Of a stretch of DNA of 64,000 nucleotides, positions 1 to 26,900 are shown in pieces. Source of the stretch: Tubiluchus corallicola (taxonomy: Eukaryota > Animalia > Priapulida); assembly GCA_030141605.1 (NCBI GenBank), contig JAQGDQ010000348.1, forward strand, positions 62,001 to 126,000, in the 5' to 3' direction. The translations under genes and the position numbers were made by a program. The notes beneath the pieces are model-generated. The model had not been told where the DNA came from. It was given only the letters and a program-made list of their open reading frames with translations, and made no database searches. The number at the start of each line of letters is the position of its first letter. Within the stretch, counting starts at the first letter, position 1.

Positions 1-625
1 GCTTCATGTTCTAACAAATTCCGTGGTCTACTATTAGAGAAACAATGGGCTTCATGTTCTAACAAATTGTATGATTTGTTGTTAGGGAAACAATGGGTAT
101 CATGTTCTAACAATTCTGTGGTCTGCTGTTAGGGAAACAATGGGTACCATGTTCTAACAACTTCCGTGGTCTACTTTTAGAGAAACTATGGGCTCCATGT
201 TCTAACAAATTCCGTGGTCTACTGTTAGGGAAACAATGGGGTTCATGTTCTAACAAATTCCGTGGTCTGCTGTTAGGGAAACAATGGGTACCATGTTCTA
301 ACAAATTCCGTGGTCTACAGTTAGGGGAACAATGGGCTTCATGTTCTAACAAATTGTATGATTTGCTGTTAGGGAAACAATGGGTATCATGTTCTAACAA
401 TTCTGTGGTCTGCTGTTAGGGAAACAATGGGTACCATGTTCTAACAAATTCCGTGGTCTACTGTTAGGGAAACAATGGGGTTCATGTTCTAACAAATTCC
501 GTGGTCTGCTGTTAGGGAAACAATGGGTACCATGTTCTAACAAATTCCGTGGTCTACAGTTAGGGAAACAATGGGCTTCATGTTCTAACAAATTGTATGA
601 TTTGCTGTTAGGGAAACAATGGGCG
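1..625. repeat. 48-bp minisatellite, ~13 copies, truncated by window start
   Basis: Unit CATGTTCTAACAAATTCCGTGGTCTACTGTTAGGGAAACAATGGG(CTT/TAC); explains ORFs 107-400 and 394-591. Confidence 0.95.
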
Positions 626-2142
626 ACATGTTGTACAAAAACTGTATTCCATTGTTAGGTACAAACAGCTCTTGAGAGACACGCACTTTGAAGTCTAGAT
701 CAGCTAGCAGGCTAGTAAACTCTGGCTAGCTGTGATCACATAATTATGCAAAAATGTATGATTTTAAAGGCATACAGGATAATGTTAATTAGTAATTACT
801 TAAAACTCAAACAATATGGAATAATGTATATTGAAGATTGAATAATTTACTGGTGTTGAGTCTGCTTTGCAGGCATGACGTGCAACTGACGGAACGCTTT
901 CCTTTTTATAATCATTAAAAGTAAATGCAGAAAAGAGGAGAGCAAACTTAACCAAGCACACAGAGCTTCTGGAAATGGAACATATGATTTCCAATATACA
1001 AAGACATGACAGTTGCTGCACTAGTCATACTATTGAAGTCGTACTGTTGAATTAATTGACTGGAAAATTATTATGACATAATAAATATGCTAGAAGAATT
1101 CATAAAACAAGAGTACAGACACTATAAATTTAATGAGAAATGTTGTAAATTGACAGTTTGTGGCGATAAATCAAGTGCTGCCATCTGTCACATAAATAAG
1201 AACTGTTAAGAAACAGAAGAAAAATTAGTTTGCCTATCAAAGTAACACTATCTGAAGCATGAAAAAATGGGCAGAGCAATGAAGAACTGTGTCAGGTATG
1301 TGGGGCTTGTTGACGACTTTGGGCTGTTTTAATTTTGGGAGTGGTCAGATCACAATAAACTCGAGTAAAATTGTACTTTTGTGTTAAACTGGTTTAAAAT
1401 TTATTTCGTAGTACATAACACCTATTTTGACGACAAGGATGGAATACATACATACTACAGCATATCAATTGTTTATTTAGACAAATTAATAATCTAGTGT
1501 ATTACAATTCAATTCTAACACAATTGTTAGATACACTAAATAATGAATTTCTCTTGGATATAAAAGCGTTTAATATTGATTATGATATATAATTTATATT
1601 AGCGATTCTTCTGTGCCTATGCAACCTCAGACTGCCAAGATCAAACCACAAATCAGTATATAGTGATTATTTTATTTATTGAACACTTTATAATCATGAT
1701 CACAGTTTTTCTTAGTTCTTGCTCCATTTCATCTTTCATTCACTGCTCCCCCCCACTTTTATGTATATATTATTATTATTTCAATTATTCATCACTTCTT
1801 TAAGATTTCCACGTACAGTTTGGCCTGTCAAGCTATGCTTTTAGGCTCAAACTGTATGCATCAAAATTACACTGTAATGTAATTTGCAGATGTATATGCT
1901 GCATAAGAATCTCTTTCTGGATACTATTGCATTTATATTTATATTTACTTCAGTGAAATTGTCTGTATTTTTATTATAACTGTTAGATGCAGAGTGGAAA
2001 TAAATAAACTTATAACTTATTCCACAAATTATAAAACACAGTTTCATCAAACTAATTATTAGACAGCAGTTTCTACTAGTTATCAATCGTTTGATGAAAT
2101 CATTAATTTAAAATTTTGTTGCATAATGATTTGCGGAAACGC

Positions 2143-16845
<14,703 letters not shown>

Positions 16846-17429
16846 GTTTATGTGAAACACAGAAACTGGAGTCAAATTTCAGGAAATGCACAATGTTCTG
16901 GTTTCTAATGCTTCAAGCTACTGCAATGCGCTTTGCTGAAATGACATTTTACTTTGACAATTTTTCGCAAGCAGGGAAAAGATCGTGCAATGCTAAGTAA
17001 AAAAATCATTAGCATACATCAGGTGATCACGATTTCAGTTACATGAAAAGTCAACAATAATTTTTTGCTGTATTTAAAAAATTATGACGTACGTAAAATG
17101 TGTGTATGTATGTGTTGTCTGAAGTATTTCATATTTGCTATAAGAATTTTTTCAGATATTAGAAGGTTATGATATTTCTGCTAGCGCGCAAAGTACACTC
17201 GTACTCTCTTTAAAAGCTAATTTAAATAAAGATGTTAGATAACTTGTGTATAACTTGCCTGAGAACTTGACATGCTTTTCACGACAATGAGCCTAAAATA
17301 AAGGATAAGAAATGCCTTTAAAAAGCATTGAAATTATATATCAAGTCTTTTGTTCTAAAGTTTTATGATTGTGCATCGTGCATAGCTGAAATCGTGCGTT
17401 TGAATTCTATATAAAAATATAAATATAAA

Positions 17430-17459
17430 AAATTATTATTATTATTATTATTATTATTA

Positions 17460-17501
<42 letters not shown>

Positions 17502-17565
17502 TACTATTATTATTATTATTATTATTATCATTATCATCATCATCATCATTATTATTATTATTATA
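17430..17565. repeat. (ATT)n/(ATC)n microsatellite
   Basis: Direct observation. Confidence 0.95.
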
Positions 17566-17839
17566 AGGTGTAAGACTAAAATGATATAACAATATAAACT
17601 CTATGCATTTTTAACAATGTAACTCATCTCAGTCAAGTATTAAGTTGTAATCTTGATGATATTACCTAAGCGTAATGATTTTATATATCATGTCTATCAT
17701 GTTATTGCTGGATTGGAACGTTGTAACATGGAATGGAAATGTCTCTATGCTGATGAATTATGTATTTTAGCTACGACAATATCTGCTCTTCAGACTCTTG
17801 TAAACTGTTTTGTTACTTAAGCTATTAATCATGATGTCA

Positions 17840-18930
17840 CAGTAAATACGAAGAAGACAAAAGTTATGTCAGTTAGGCCTAAATCTGTGTGGCATAAAGC
17901 TTGGAAAATAAACGTTTAATGGAATTGTATTAAGTGAAACTAGTAAAGACAAATACCTTGCGTATTGGTTAACAAATGACAGCCGAAACGATTGTGATAT
18001 GATAATGCAGAAAAGTAAATTTTATGCTCGAATTAATTTACTCATATTGACTTTCTCTGCTTGCAGTCTAACTGTAAAAATGCTACTTTTTAAATCATGT
18101 GCAGTAAATATTTACGGTTTATCATTTTTGGAGACGATTTTGTAACTACAATCTAACTGTAACTGCAATATGCACAACGACACTTTGTTATTGGAAGGTG
18201 CTGCCCTCTACGAGCAAAGTGGAGAGGAAAGGACAGTAGGGGAACAATGTTGGTTGCGTTCTTATTCACAGCAATGTTTTTTATCATTTTTGTGTTATAG
18301 TTAACAACAGAGTTTAGTTATTACCAAATTTGTACCTTGAGAAACTTTAAATCTTGATGAAGAGCCAACGATGTAAGTTACATGAATTTAAATAATTTAA
18401 TTAAGTTTACGAATTCGATCTGTGAAATTTGTAAAAGTACTTTGACCAACAGGTTGTCTTCTTATTTATTAAGCTTCTGTTTATCATTCTATTTATTTTT
18501 CTTACTTGTTAATGTTCTCTTTATTATTCTCTTTAGAATAAACGACTTTGGAACATGAATGAAATAGTGAAGGCTTTCTGTGCATAACACTAACAAACAT
18601 TATAACTCCATTTAATAAAGGATTAGCCATTTTTTTCAGGACTGAATATTTGTGCGCTGCAAGCAGAATTACAGCCGAATTGAATCTGCCGTATTTCAAA
18701 CTGCTAGAAAGAAACCGTTTTTATAGTACCATGTGCCCTATAATGAAAGTAAACAATTTTATTTTAGCAAACATTTTAAATAGTGACTTACTTGCTTTGT
18801 TTAATATTGGTGAAGTGGAGAGACAAGGTAGTTTTTCAGTCCCCACAACAATCGACAATATTTATCATTCTTCGGGTGGCTTCTTGCCAGCAAATATGCA
18901 CAGCATGTTTTTGTGACCATTTTATAAATT
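17840..18930. mobile_element. Degenerate LINE RT fragments in the CYP-UGT intergenic region
   Basis: + strand KYLAYWLTND...KFYARINLL...FSACSLTVKMLLFKS (~17950-18120); a second minus-strand LINE-like fragment at ~18500-18930. Confidence 0.45.
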
Positions 18931-19553
18931 AACTCATATCTATGCGCTTGTCAGCAGCTAGCAAGCTAGCCATAGATGTAATGAAACAGTAATCTAAAGC
19001 ACAATAGTTAGTTGTTATAATAACAACGACCATAAACAAGTCTGCTACTTTGATTACTTAGCTTAGCTAGGAAGTTTTGCTAGGAATTAATTAGTGTTGG
19101 CAGACTGGGCAGACTGTACCTGCTTGTGAAATTGTTATTTCAACAAGAATTAAAAATTCAACGTGTTTAAAACACGAGACAGTTTCAGTGGGAGAAATCC
19201 TATGAATTTCACAGAGACTCATGCGTCGATTAGAATGTCTCATATCACGATCCTATGAATTCGGTCAATGTTGCAGAGTTTAAAACTGCTCATTTTCACC
19301 GGAAATCGTCCGATTGAAGATCATTAATGCGCGAACATTCTGCAAACTGTTTCTTTAATAATAGTTATAGGCTGATATTACGGTTCGTAGATTACAGCCA
19401 CCAGCACCAGATTAATAAAATAACCAATGTACAAGCAGACCTCACCAACAATGAACATAAGTTTCCTTGGTAAGAAAATCGGCCGGTATCGTCCAGGAAA
19501 ATGCCTGATGCGGGAAACAGCTCTGCCCTCCCCTCGTCGCGTCCCTGGTCTCC

Positions 19554-19870
19554 AGCATTTAAAACAAAATCACTAATATTAACCAGATATGAAATACCAT
19601 CACACCAGTACGACAACATACACACTAATTCAGAATTCATATATCCACGGCCATATTAATTAAATCATAATTTTTTCATTTTTTTGTGCATAGTTGTAAA
19701 TATGTTTGATTTTATTCGCCATTACTGCACAGTAGTTTAGATTGCTCTGACGCATTTGCCTTTAGCAGTGTAAGTTTTTATTAACTAACACTGATTGATC
19801 ATCTCTGTAAATTTTTTATCAGTGATTATCAATGTATTTTAATGGCAAATAAAGATTAATTTATATATAT
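19554..19870 (+). mobile_element. 3' end of the same LINE, upstream of the UGT
   Basis: ~300 bp nearly identical to 28762-29085. Confidence 0.75.
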
Positions 19871-20079
19871 AATGAGGAGAATAAGTTTTGTGAAAAACGA
19901 GCAAAAAGCCTTTTTACGAGGTTTTTTGCCTCGTTCCTCGGTGACCTTTCACCAACTGCATCTTGATAAAAACCTGTGGTCAATTAAGAGATTCTACTGT
20001 GAAACAGAATGTTAATAAAAATGTGTCAACTTTTACACTGGGCTCTGCAGCTATAGGCTACAATGCTTACTGGTACAGC

Positions 20080-20092
20080 CGACCTTTGGACT
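20080..20092 (-). promoter_or_regulatory. Candidate nuclear-receptor DR1 (HNF4-type) site upstream of the UGT
   Basis: CGACCTTTGGACT (reverse complement AGTCCAAAGGTCG) ~230 bp before the UGT ATG; a second half-site pair TGACCTTTCACC at 19942-19953. Motif resemblance only. Confidence 0.3.
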
Positions 20093-20316
20093 TAAACACC
20101 TCTAACATGTTAATGGTCCAACGAGCGTGTGCTGTAGGTTGCAGCAGCTTGTATTTTCATAAATAAACTGGTCATTCTAGTTTCACAGCTTGCTTATTAT
20201 GTGACAGCTGATACTAATGATGAGATTGTTAGCTGGTATATTAATTATAATTTAAAGGAGTGTTAACAAGAAAAGTTAGCTGGCATTTTCGTCATGCGAA
20301 GATAAATATCTCTGTC

Positions 20317-20979
20317 ATGAATTTCGTGAGCTTCTGTGATCTTACTACAATACTGTGCTTAATATCGCTCACTGTAGCAACCACTGATGCTGGGAAAATT
20401 CTTCTCAAACCAGCGGGACCAGGTGAGCACAACAGTCACAGGATAATTATGGAGCTCATTGCCAGCATCCTGGCAAGGGATGGTCACGAAGCTGTGCTGT
20501 TGCTAGGCGACGAGTTTCCCAACACGAAGCCAGTGACGTATCGAACTCTGACCTGGACGTCGCAGAAGAGTGACCAATGGTCAAGTAATGGAGAAATGAG
20601 AGAAGAACATCTAGAACAATATCTAGAGCAATACTGTGAACTGCTTTTGACAAATAAGAAGTTACTGAGGCTGTTGAACTCTGAGAATTTTGACTTGATT
20701 GTTCTGGATGAACTCAGTTTATGTGACTTTCTCTTAGCGAAGATGCTACAGAAACCATTTGTTATCATTGGTACTATTGGTTTAACGTTAGTGCAGAGTG
20801 AATCACCTTCAATGCTGTCTTACATTCCAAGTGGAAGTTTAACCAATTTCGGAAGAGATCACTTGACGTTCGCTGAGAGATTTCAAAACGTTTTGCATCA
20901 CTGCATGGAATCGATGATGATGTATTTCCTGGTGGAGAGAGGCACGAATAAGCTGGGGCAGAATTTAGGCACCTTGCAG
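20317..20979 (+). CDS. UGT exon 1 (signal peptide + aglycone-binding domain)
   Basis: MNFVSFCDL...GKILL...SH...GHEAVLL...FDLIVLD...LSYIP...LTFAERFQN; donor CAG|GTAAGT. Confidence 0.9.
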
Positions 20980-23900
20980 GTAAGTTACTCGCCAGAAAAA
21001 ATGAGAGTAAAGGAAAGAGAGAGACGAAGGGGTGGGAAGAACGTATGGGACGACAAATGAATAGAAGAAAGGGGGCAGCTTAGAACAGAGACTGTTCGCT
21101 AGGAAAGGTAACTTATCTACGTAATCATTATGCCTAGCCACGTGCGTACAGCTGATTGCTGAAAGTGCAATTTTTTATACAGGGTGGTGAATCAGTTGCT
21201 TCAATTTTTATAAACAGGGTGGTGAATCAATTGGTTCAATTTTTATAAACAGGGTGATGAATCAATTGGTTCAATTTTTATAAACAGGGTGGTGAATCAG
21301 TTGCTTCAATTTTTATAAACAGGGTGGTGAATCAGTTGCTTCAATTTTTATAAACAGGGTGGTGAATCATTTGTTTCAATTTTTATGTACAATGTGGTGA
21401 ATCAGTTGGTTCAATTTTTGTGTACAAGGTGGTGAATCAGTTGGTTCAATTTTTACTTACAGGGTGGTAAATCAGTTGGTTCAATTTTTATATACAGGGT
21501 GGTAAATCAGTCGGTTCAATTTTTATATACAGGGTGGTGAAGCAGTTGGTTCAATTTTTATATACAGGGTGATGAATCAGTTGGTTCAATTTTTATATAC
21601 AGGGTGATGAATCAGTTGGTTCAATTTTTATATACAGGGTGGTGAATCAGTTGCTTCAATTTTTATGTACAGGGTGATGAATCAGTTGGTTCAATTTTTA
21701 TATACAGGATGGTAAATCAGTTGGTTCAATTTTTATATACAGGGTGGTAAATCAATTGGTTCAATTTTTATATACAGGGTGGTGAATCAGTTGGTTCAAT
21801 TTTATGTACAGGGTGGTAAATCAGTTGGTTCAATTTTATGTACAGGGTGGTAAATCAGTTGGTTCAATTTTATGTACAGGGTGGTAAATCAATTGGTTCA
21901 ATTTTTACTTATAGGGTGGTGAATCAGTTGGTTCAATACGACGGGAAGCGTCGATGGTCTTTCCCATGACAAACTATCCGTTTGAATATCCTCAACCGCT
22001 TGTACCAAATGTGAAATTAATAGGAGGGCTAACTGCACATCCAGTGGAAGATTTACACGTAAGTCAATGCGGCAATGTCAATGTCAAAAGGATTTAGTAA
22101 TAAAAGTGTGATAAACTCGTCGTGTGATTAGTATAATCAGTTTAAAGTCCTGATCATTTTACCCTTAGGCACTTCCGTCATAAATATAATAAGTTTTCAC
22201 ATAAAATTAGATAGATAATTTTGTAATATTTTTTGCACGAACATTAAATAAGCTGCAGAAGTCTGCGTTAGTTTAAGCAACGGACGCTTACGGAAAGCTA
22301 CGATGCGCTTACGAAAACTCACGAAGTTCACCAGCTACGCCATAATTTTCAAGTGAATGGCGGTTACCACTGCGCCTGAGAATTTCTATACAGCAATAGT
22401 GGTTTGAAGAAACCAAAAAACTTGAAATTTAGTTTTAAGATTTTATTCTGAAATGCCTACATAAACAGTGAAGTAGTGTCATGTTGAAAAGCAGAAAACC
22501 AAGTGACCAAAAACTACAGGTGAAATCATTTAGGTGTGAAAACAGGTTTAGAGATTATGCATTCATAAAGACTGTAGAAGCCAATGAAAATTTAAACAGT
22601 AAAGAGAAAGATTTAACAATTTTAACAAGAACACCTGAAGGTGGCAGCACTATGCAAAACTCAAAAAAGTATGGTGACAATACAACATAAATTTAAATTT
22701 AATGTAATTAAAATGATTTTCTTCTGTCCAGATAGTATAACTTAACCTTATGCTTTATAGATAGTTTTTTGCAAAGTCCTTTGTTATATATTTCTAAAAT
22801 TAAGTGATAACAATAAAATGTACCAAAAAAATGCTATAGACTTGTCCTCTCATTTATAATGGTTTCTTTATCGCTGCATCAGATTGTTTGTTCCAGGGCA
22901 TAACTAGATTTATCTCAGCGGCAAAAAACAAACCACTTGTCCTAGTCACTTTTGGAACATTATTTGGTAGGATGAATCACATGGAAGAGGTAGGAATAAA
23001 CCAAATTTAAAACATCATATGCAAAAAGAATCTGTATTCGGACTTAATGCCCCTTTTCATGAATGGTTTTTTAATCTTATCGTAGACCGAGCCAATTAAT
23101 CGATTAATAATCTTATCGTAGACTGAACCATTTAATCGATTAATAATCTTATCGTAGACTGAAGCAATTAATCGATTAATAATCTTATGGTAGACTGAAG
23201 CAATTAATCGATTAATAATCTTATGATAGACTGAAGCAATTAATCGATTAATAATCTTATCGTAGACTGAACCAATTAATCGATTAATAATCTTATCGTA
23301 GACTGAAGCAATTAATCGATTAATAATCTTATGGTAGACTGAAGCCATTAATCGATTAATAATCTTATGATAGACTGAAGCAATTAATCGATTAATAATC
23401 TTATCGTAGACTGAGGTTATTAATCGATTAATAATCTTATCGTAGACTGAAGCAATTAATCGATTAATAATCTTATCGTAGACTGAGGCAATCAATCGAT
23501 TAATAATCTTATCGTTGACTGAGGCTATTAATCGATTAATAATCTTATCGTAGACTGAAGCAATTCATCGATTAATAATCTTATCGTAGACTGAAGCAAT
23601 TAATCGATTAATAATCTTATAGTAGACTGAGGCAATTAATCGATTAATAATCTTATCGTAGACTGAGGCAATTAATCGATTAATAATCTTATCGTAAACT
23701 GAGGCAATTAATCGATTAATAATCTTATCATTGACTGAGGCTATTAATCGATTAACAATCTTACCGTAGACTGAGGCAATTAATCGAATAATAATTAAAT
23801 CGGTCACTGAGGCAATTAATCAATTAATAATCTTATCGTAGACTTAGACAATTAATCGATTAATAATCAATCAATCATAAAACTGTTTTAAACTTAAAAT

Positions 23901-26900
23901 ACACGTAGCAAATAAAAAAGTTTAGCGAACTGTTACTATATTGACTAGCAAAAATGGTAAACTCGATGCAGTCAATTTTCAGGATGATTTAGACATCCTC
24001 TTGAAAGCATTTGAACATCTTTCTTCGTATCACTTCGTGTGGTCCTTGGACAAGACAAACTGGAAGAGAAAACTACCAGACAACGTACAAGTATTCAGTC
24101 AACTTCCTCAGAACGATTTACTTGGTATTAATTTAAATTGTTTTTACAAGTTGAAAAACTACTCAATAATACCCTTCGTTACTGATATTTCATCAAAAGT
24201 GGCTGTACCAGTTATGACATGTGTAGAAAATTGTGAAAGCTGCTCTAATAATGACTGTCTCAGTGATGATGTGTGTAGAACATTATGAGAGCTGCTTCAG
24301 TAGTGAGTGTCCCAGTTATGATGTGTGCAGAACATTATGAGAGCTGTTCCAGTAATGACTGTCACAGTGATGATGTGGGCAGAACATTATGAGAACAGCT
24401 TCAGTAGTGACTGTCACAGTGATGATGTGTGTAGAACATTATGAGAACAGCTTCAGTAGTGACTGTCACAGTGATGATGTGGGAAGAACATTATGAGAAC
24501 AGCTTCAGTATTGACTGTCACAGTGATGATGTGTGTAGAACATTATGAGAACAGCTTCAGTAGTGACTGTCACAGTGATGATGTGAGTAGAACATTATGA
24601 GAGCAGCTTCAGTAGTGACTGTCACAGTGATGATGTGTGTAGAACATTATGAGAACAGCTTCAGTAGAGACTGTCACAGTGATGATGTGAGTAGAACATT
24701 ATGAGAACAGCTTCAGTAGTGACTGTCACAGTGATGATGTGTGTAGAACATTATGAGAACAGCTTCTGTAGAGACTGTCACAGTGATGATGTGAGTAGAA
24801 CATTATGAGAACAGCTTCAGTAGTGACAGTCACCGTGATGATGTATGTAGAACATTATGAGAACAGCTTCAGTAGTGACTGTCACAGTGATGATGTGGGA
24901 AGAACATTATGAGAACAGCTTCAGTAGTGACTGTCACAGTGATGATGTGTGTAGAACATTATGAGAACAGCTTCGGTAGAGACTGTCACAGTGATGATGT
25001 GAGTAGAACATTATGAGAACAGCTTCAGTAGTGACTGTCACAGTGATGATGTGTGTAGAACATTATGAGAACAGCTTCAGTAGTGACTGTCACAGTGATG
25101 ATGTGGGAAGAACATTATGAGAACAGCTTCAGTAGTAACTGTCCCAGTGATGATGTGGGAAGAACATTATGAGAGCTGCTTCAGTAGTGACTGTCACAGT
25201 TATGATGTGTGTAGAACATTATGAGAACAGCTTCAGTAGTGACTGTCACAGTGATGATGTGTGTAGAACATTATGAGAACAGCTTCAGTAGTGACTGTCC
25301 CAGTGATGACTAGTGTAGAACATTATGAGAACAGCTTCAGTAGTGACTGTCACAGTGATGATGTGTGTAGAACATTATGAAAACTGCTTCAGTAGTGACT
25401 GTCCCCGTGATGACGTGTAGAACATTATGAGAACAGCTTCGGTAGTGACTGTCACAGTGATGATGTGTGTAGAACATTATGAAAACTGCTTCAGTAGTGG
25501 TTCTCTAAGTGATGACTAGTGTAGAACATTATGAGAACTGCTCCAGTAGTGACTGTCACAGTGACGATGTGTGTAGAACATTATGAGATTAGCTTCAGTA
25601 GTGACTGTCACAGCGATGATGTGTGTAGAACATTATGAGAACAGCTTCAGTAGTGACTGTCACAGTGATGACGTGTGTAGAACATTATGAAAGCTGCTTC
25701 AGTAGAGACTGTCACAGTGATGATGTGTGTAGAACATGATGAGAACAGGTTCAGTAGTGACTGTCACAGTGATGATGTGGGAAGAACATTATGAGAACAG
25801 CTTCAGTAGTGACTGTCACAGTGACGATGTGTGTAGAACATTATGAAAACTGCTTCAGTAGTGACTGTCACAGTGATGATATGTGTAGAACATTATGAGA
25901 ACAGCTTCAGTAGTGACTGTCACAGTGATGATGTGTGTAGAACATTATGAGAACAGCTTCAGTAGTGACTGTCACAGTGATGATGTGTGTAGAACATTAT
26001 GAAAACAGCTTCAGTAGTGACTGTCACAGTGATGATGTGTGTAGAACATTATGAGAACAGCTTCAGTGGTGACTGTCACAGTGATGATGTGTGTAGAACA
26101 TTATGAAAACTGCTTCAGTAGTGACTGTCACAGTGATGATATGTGTAGAACATTATGAGAACAGGTTCAGTAGTGACGGTCCCAGTGATGATGTGTGTAG
26201 AACATTATGAAAACTGCTTCAGTAGTGACTGTCACAGTGATGATATGTGTAGAACATTATGAGAACAGGTTCAGTAGTGACGGTCCCAGTGATGATGTGT
26301 GTAGAACATTATGAAAACTGCTTCAGTAGTGACTGTCACAGTGATGATATGTGTAGAACATTATGAGAACAGCTTCAGTAGTGACGGTCCCAGTGATGAT
26401 GTGCGTAGAACATTATGAGAACAGCTTCAGTAGTGACTGTCACAGTGATGATGTGTGTAGAACATTATGAGAACAGGTTCAGTAGTGACGGTCCCAGTGA
26501 TGATGTGTGTAGAACATTATGAAAACTGCTTCAATAGTGACTGTCACAGTGATGATATGTGTAGAACATTATGAGAACAGCTTCAGTAGTGACTGTCACA
26601 GTGATGATGTGTGTAGAACATTATGAGAACAGCTTCAGTAGTGACTGTCACAGTGATGATATGTGTAGAACATTATGAGAACAGCTTCAGTAGTGACTGT
26701 CACAGTGACGATGTGTGTAGAACATTATGAAAACTGCTTCAGTAGTGACTGTCACAGTGATGATATGTGTAGAACATTATGAGAACAGCTTCAGTAGTGA
26801 CTGTCACAGTGATGATGTGTGTAGAACATTATGAGAACAGGTTCAGTAGTGACTGTCACAGTGATGATGTGTGTAAAACATTATGAAAACAGCTTCAGTA

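Noticed and set aside
107-591. 16-aa repeat ORFs
   Set aside because: Translation of the 48-bp minisatellite, broken by 1-nt deletions.
23007-23807. Repeat-peptide ORFs (IASVYDKIINRL)n
   Set aside because: Antisense translation of the 36-bp intronic minisatellite.
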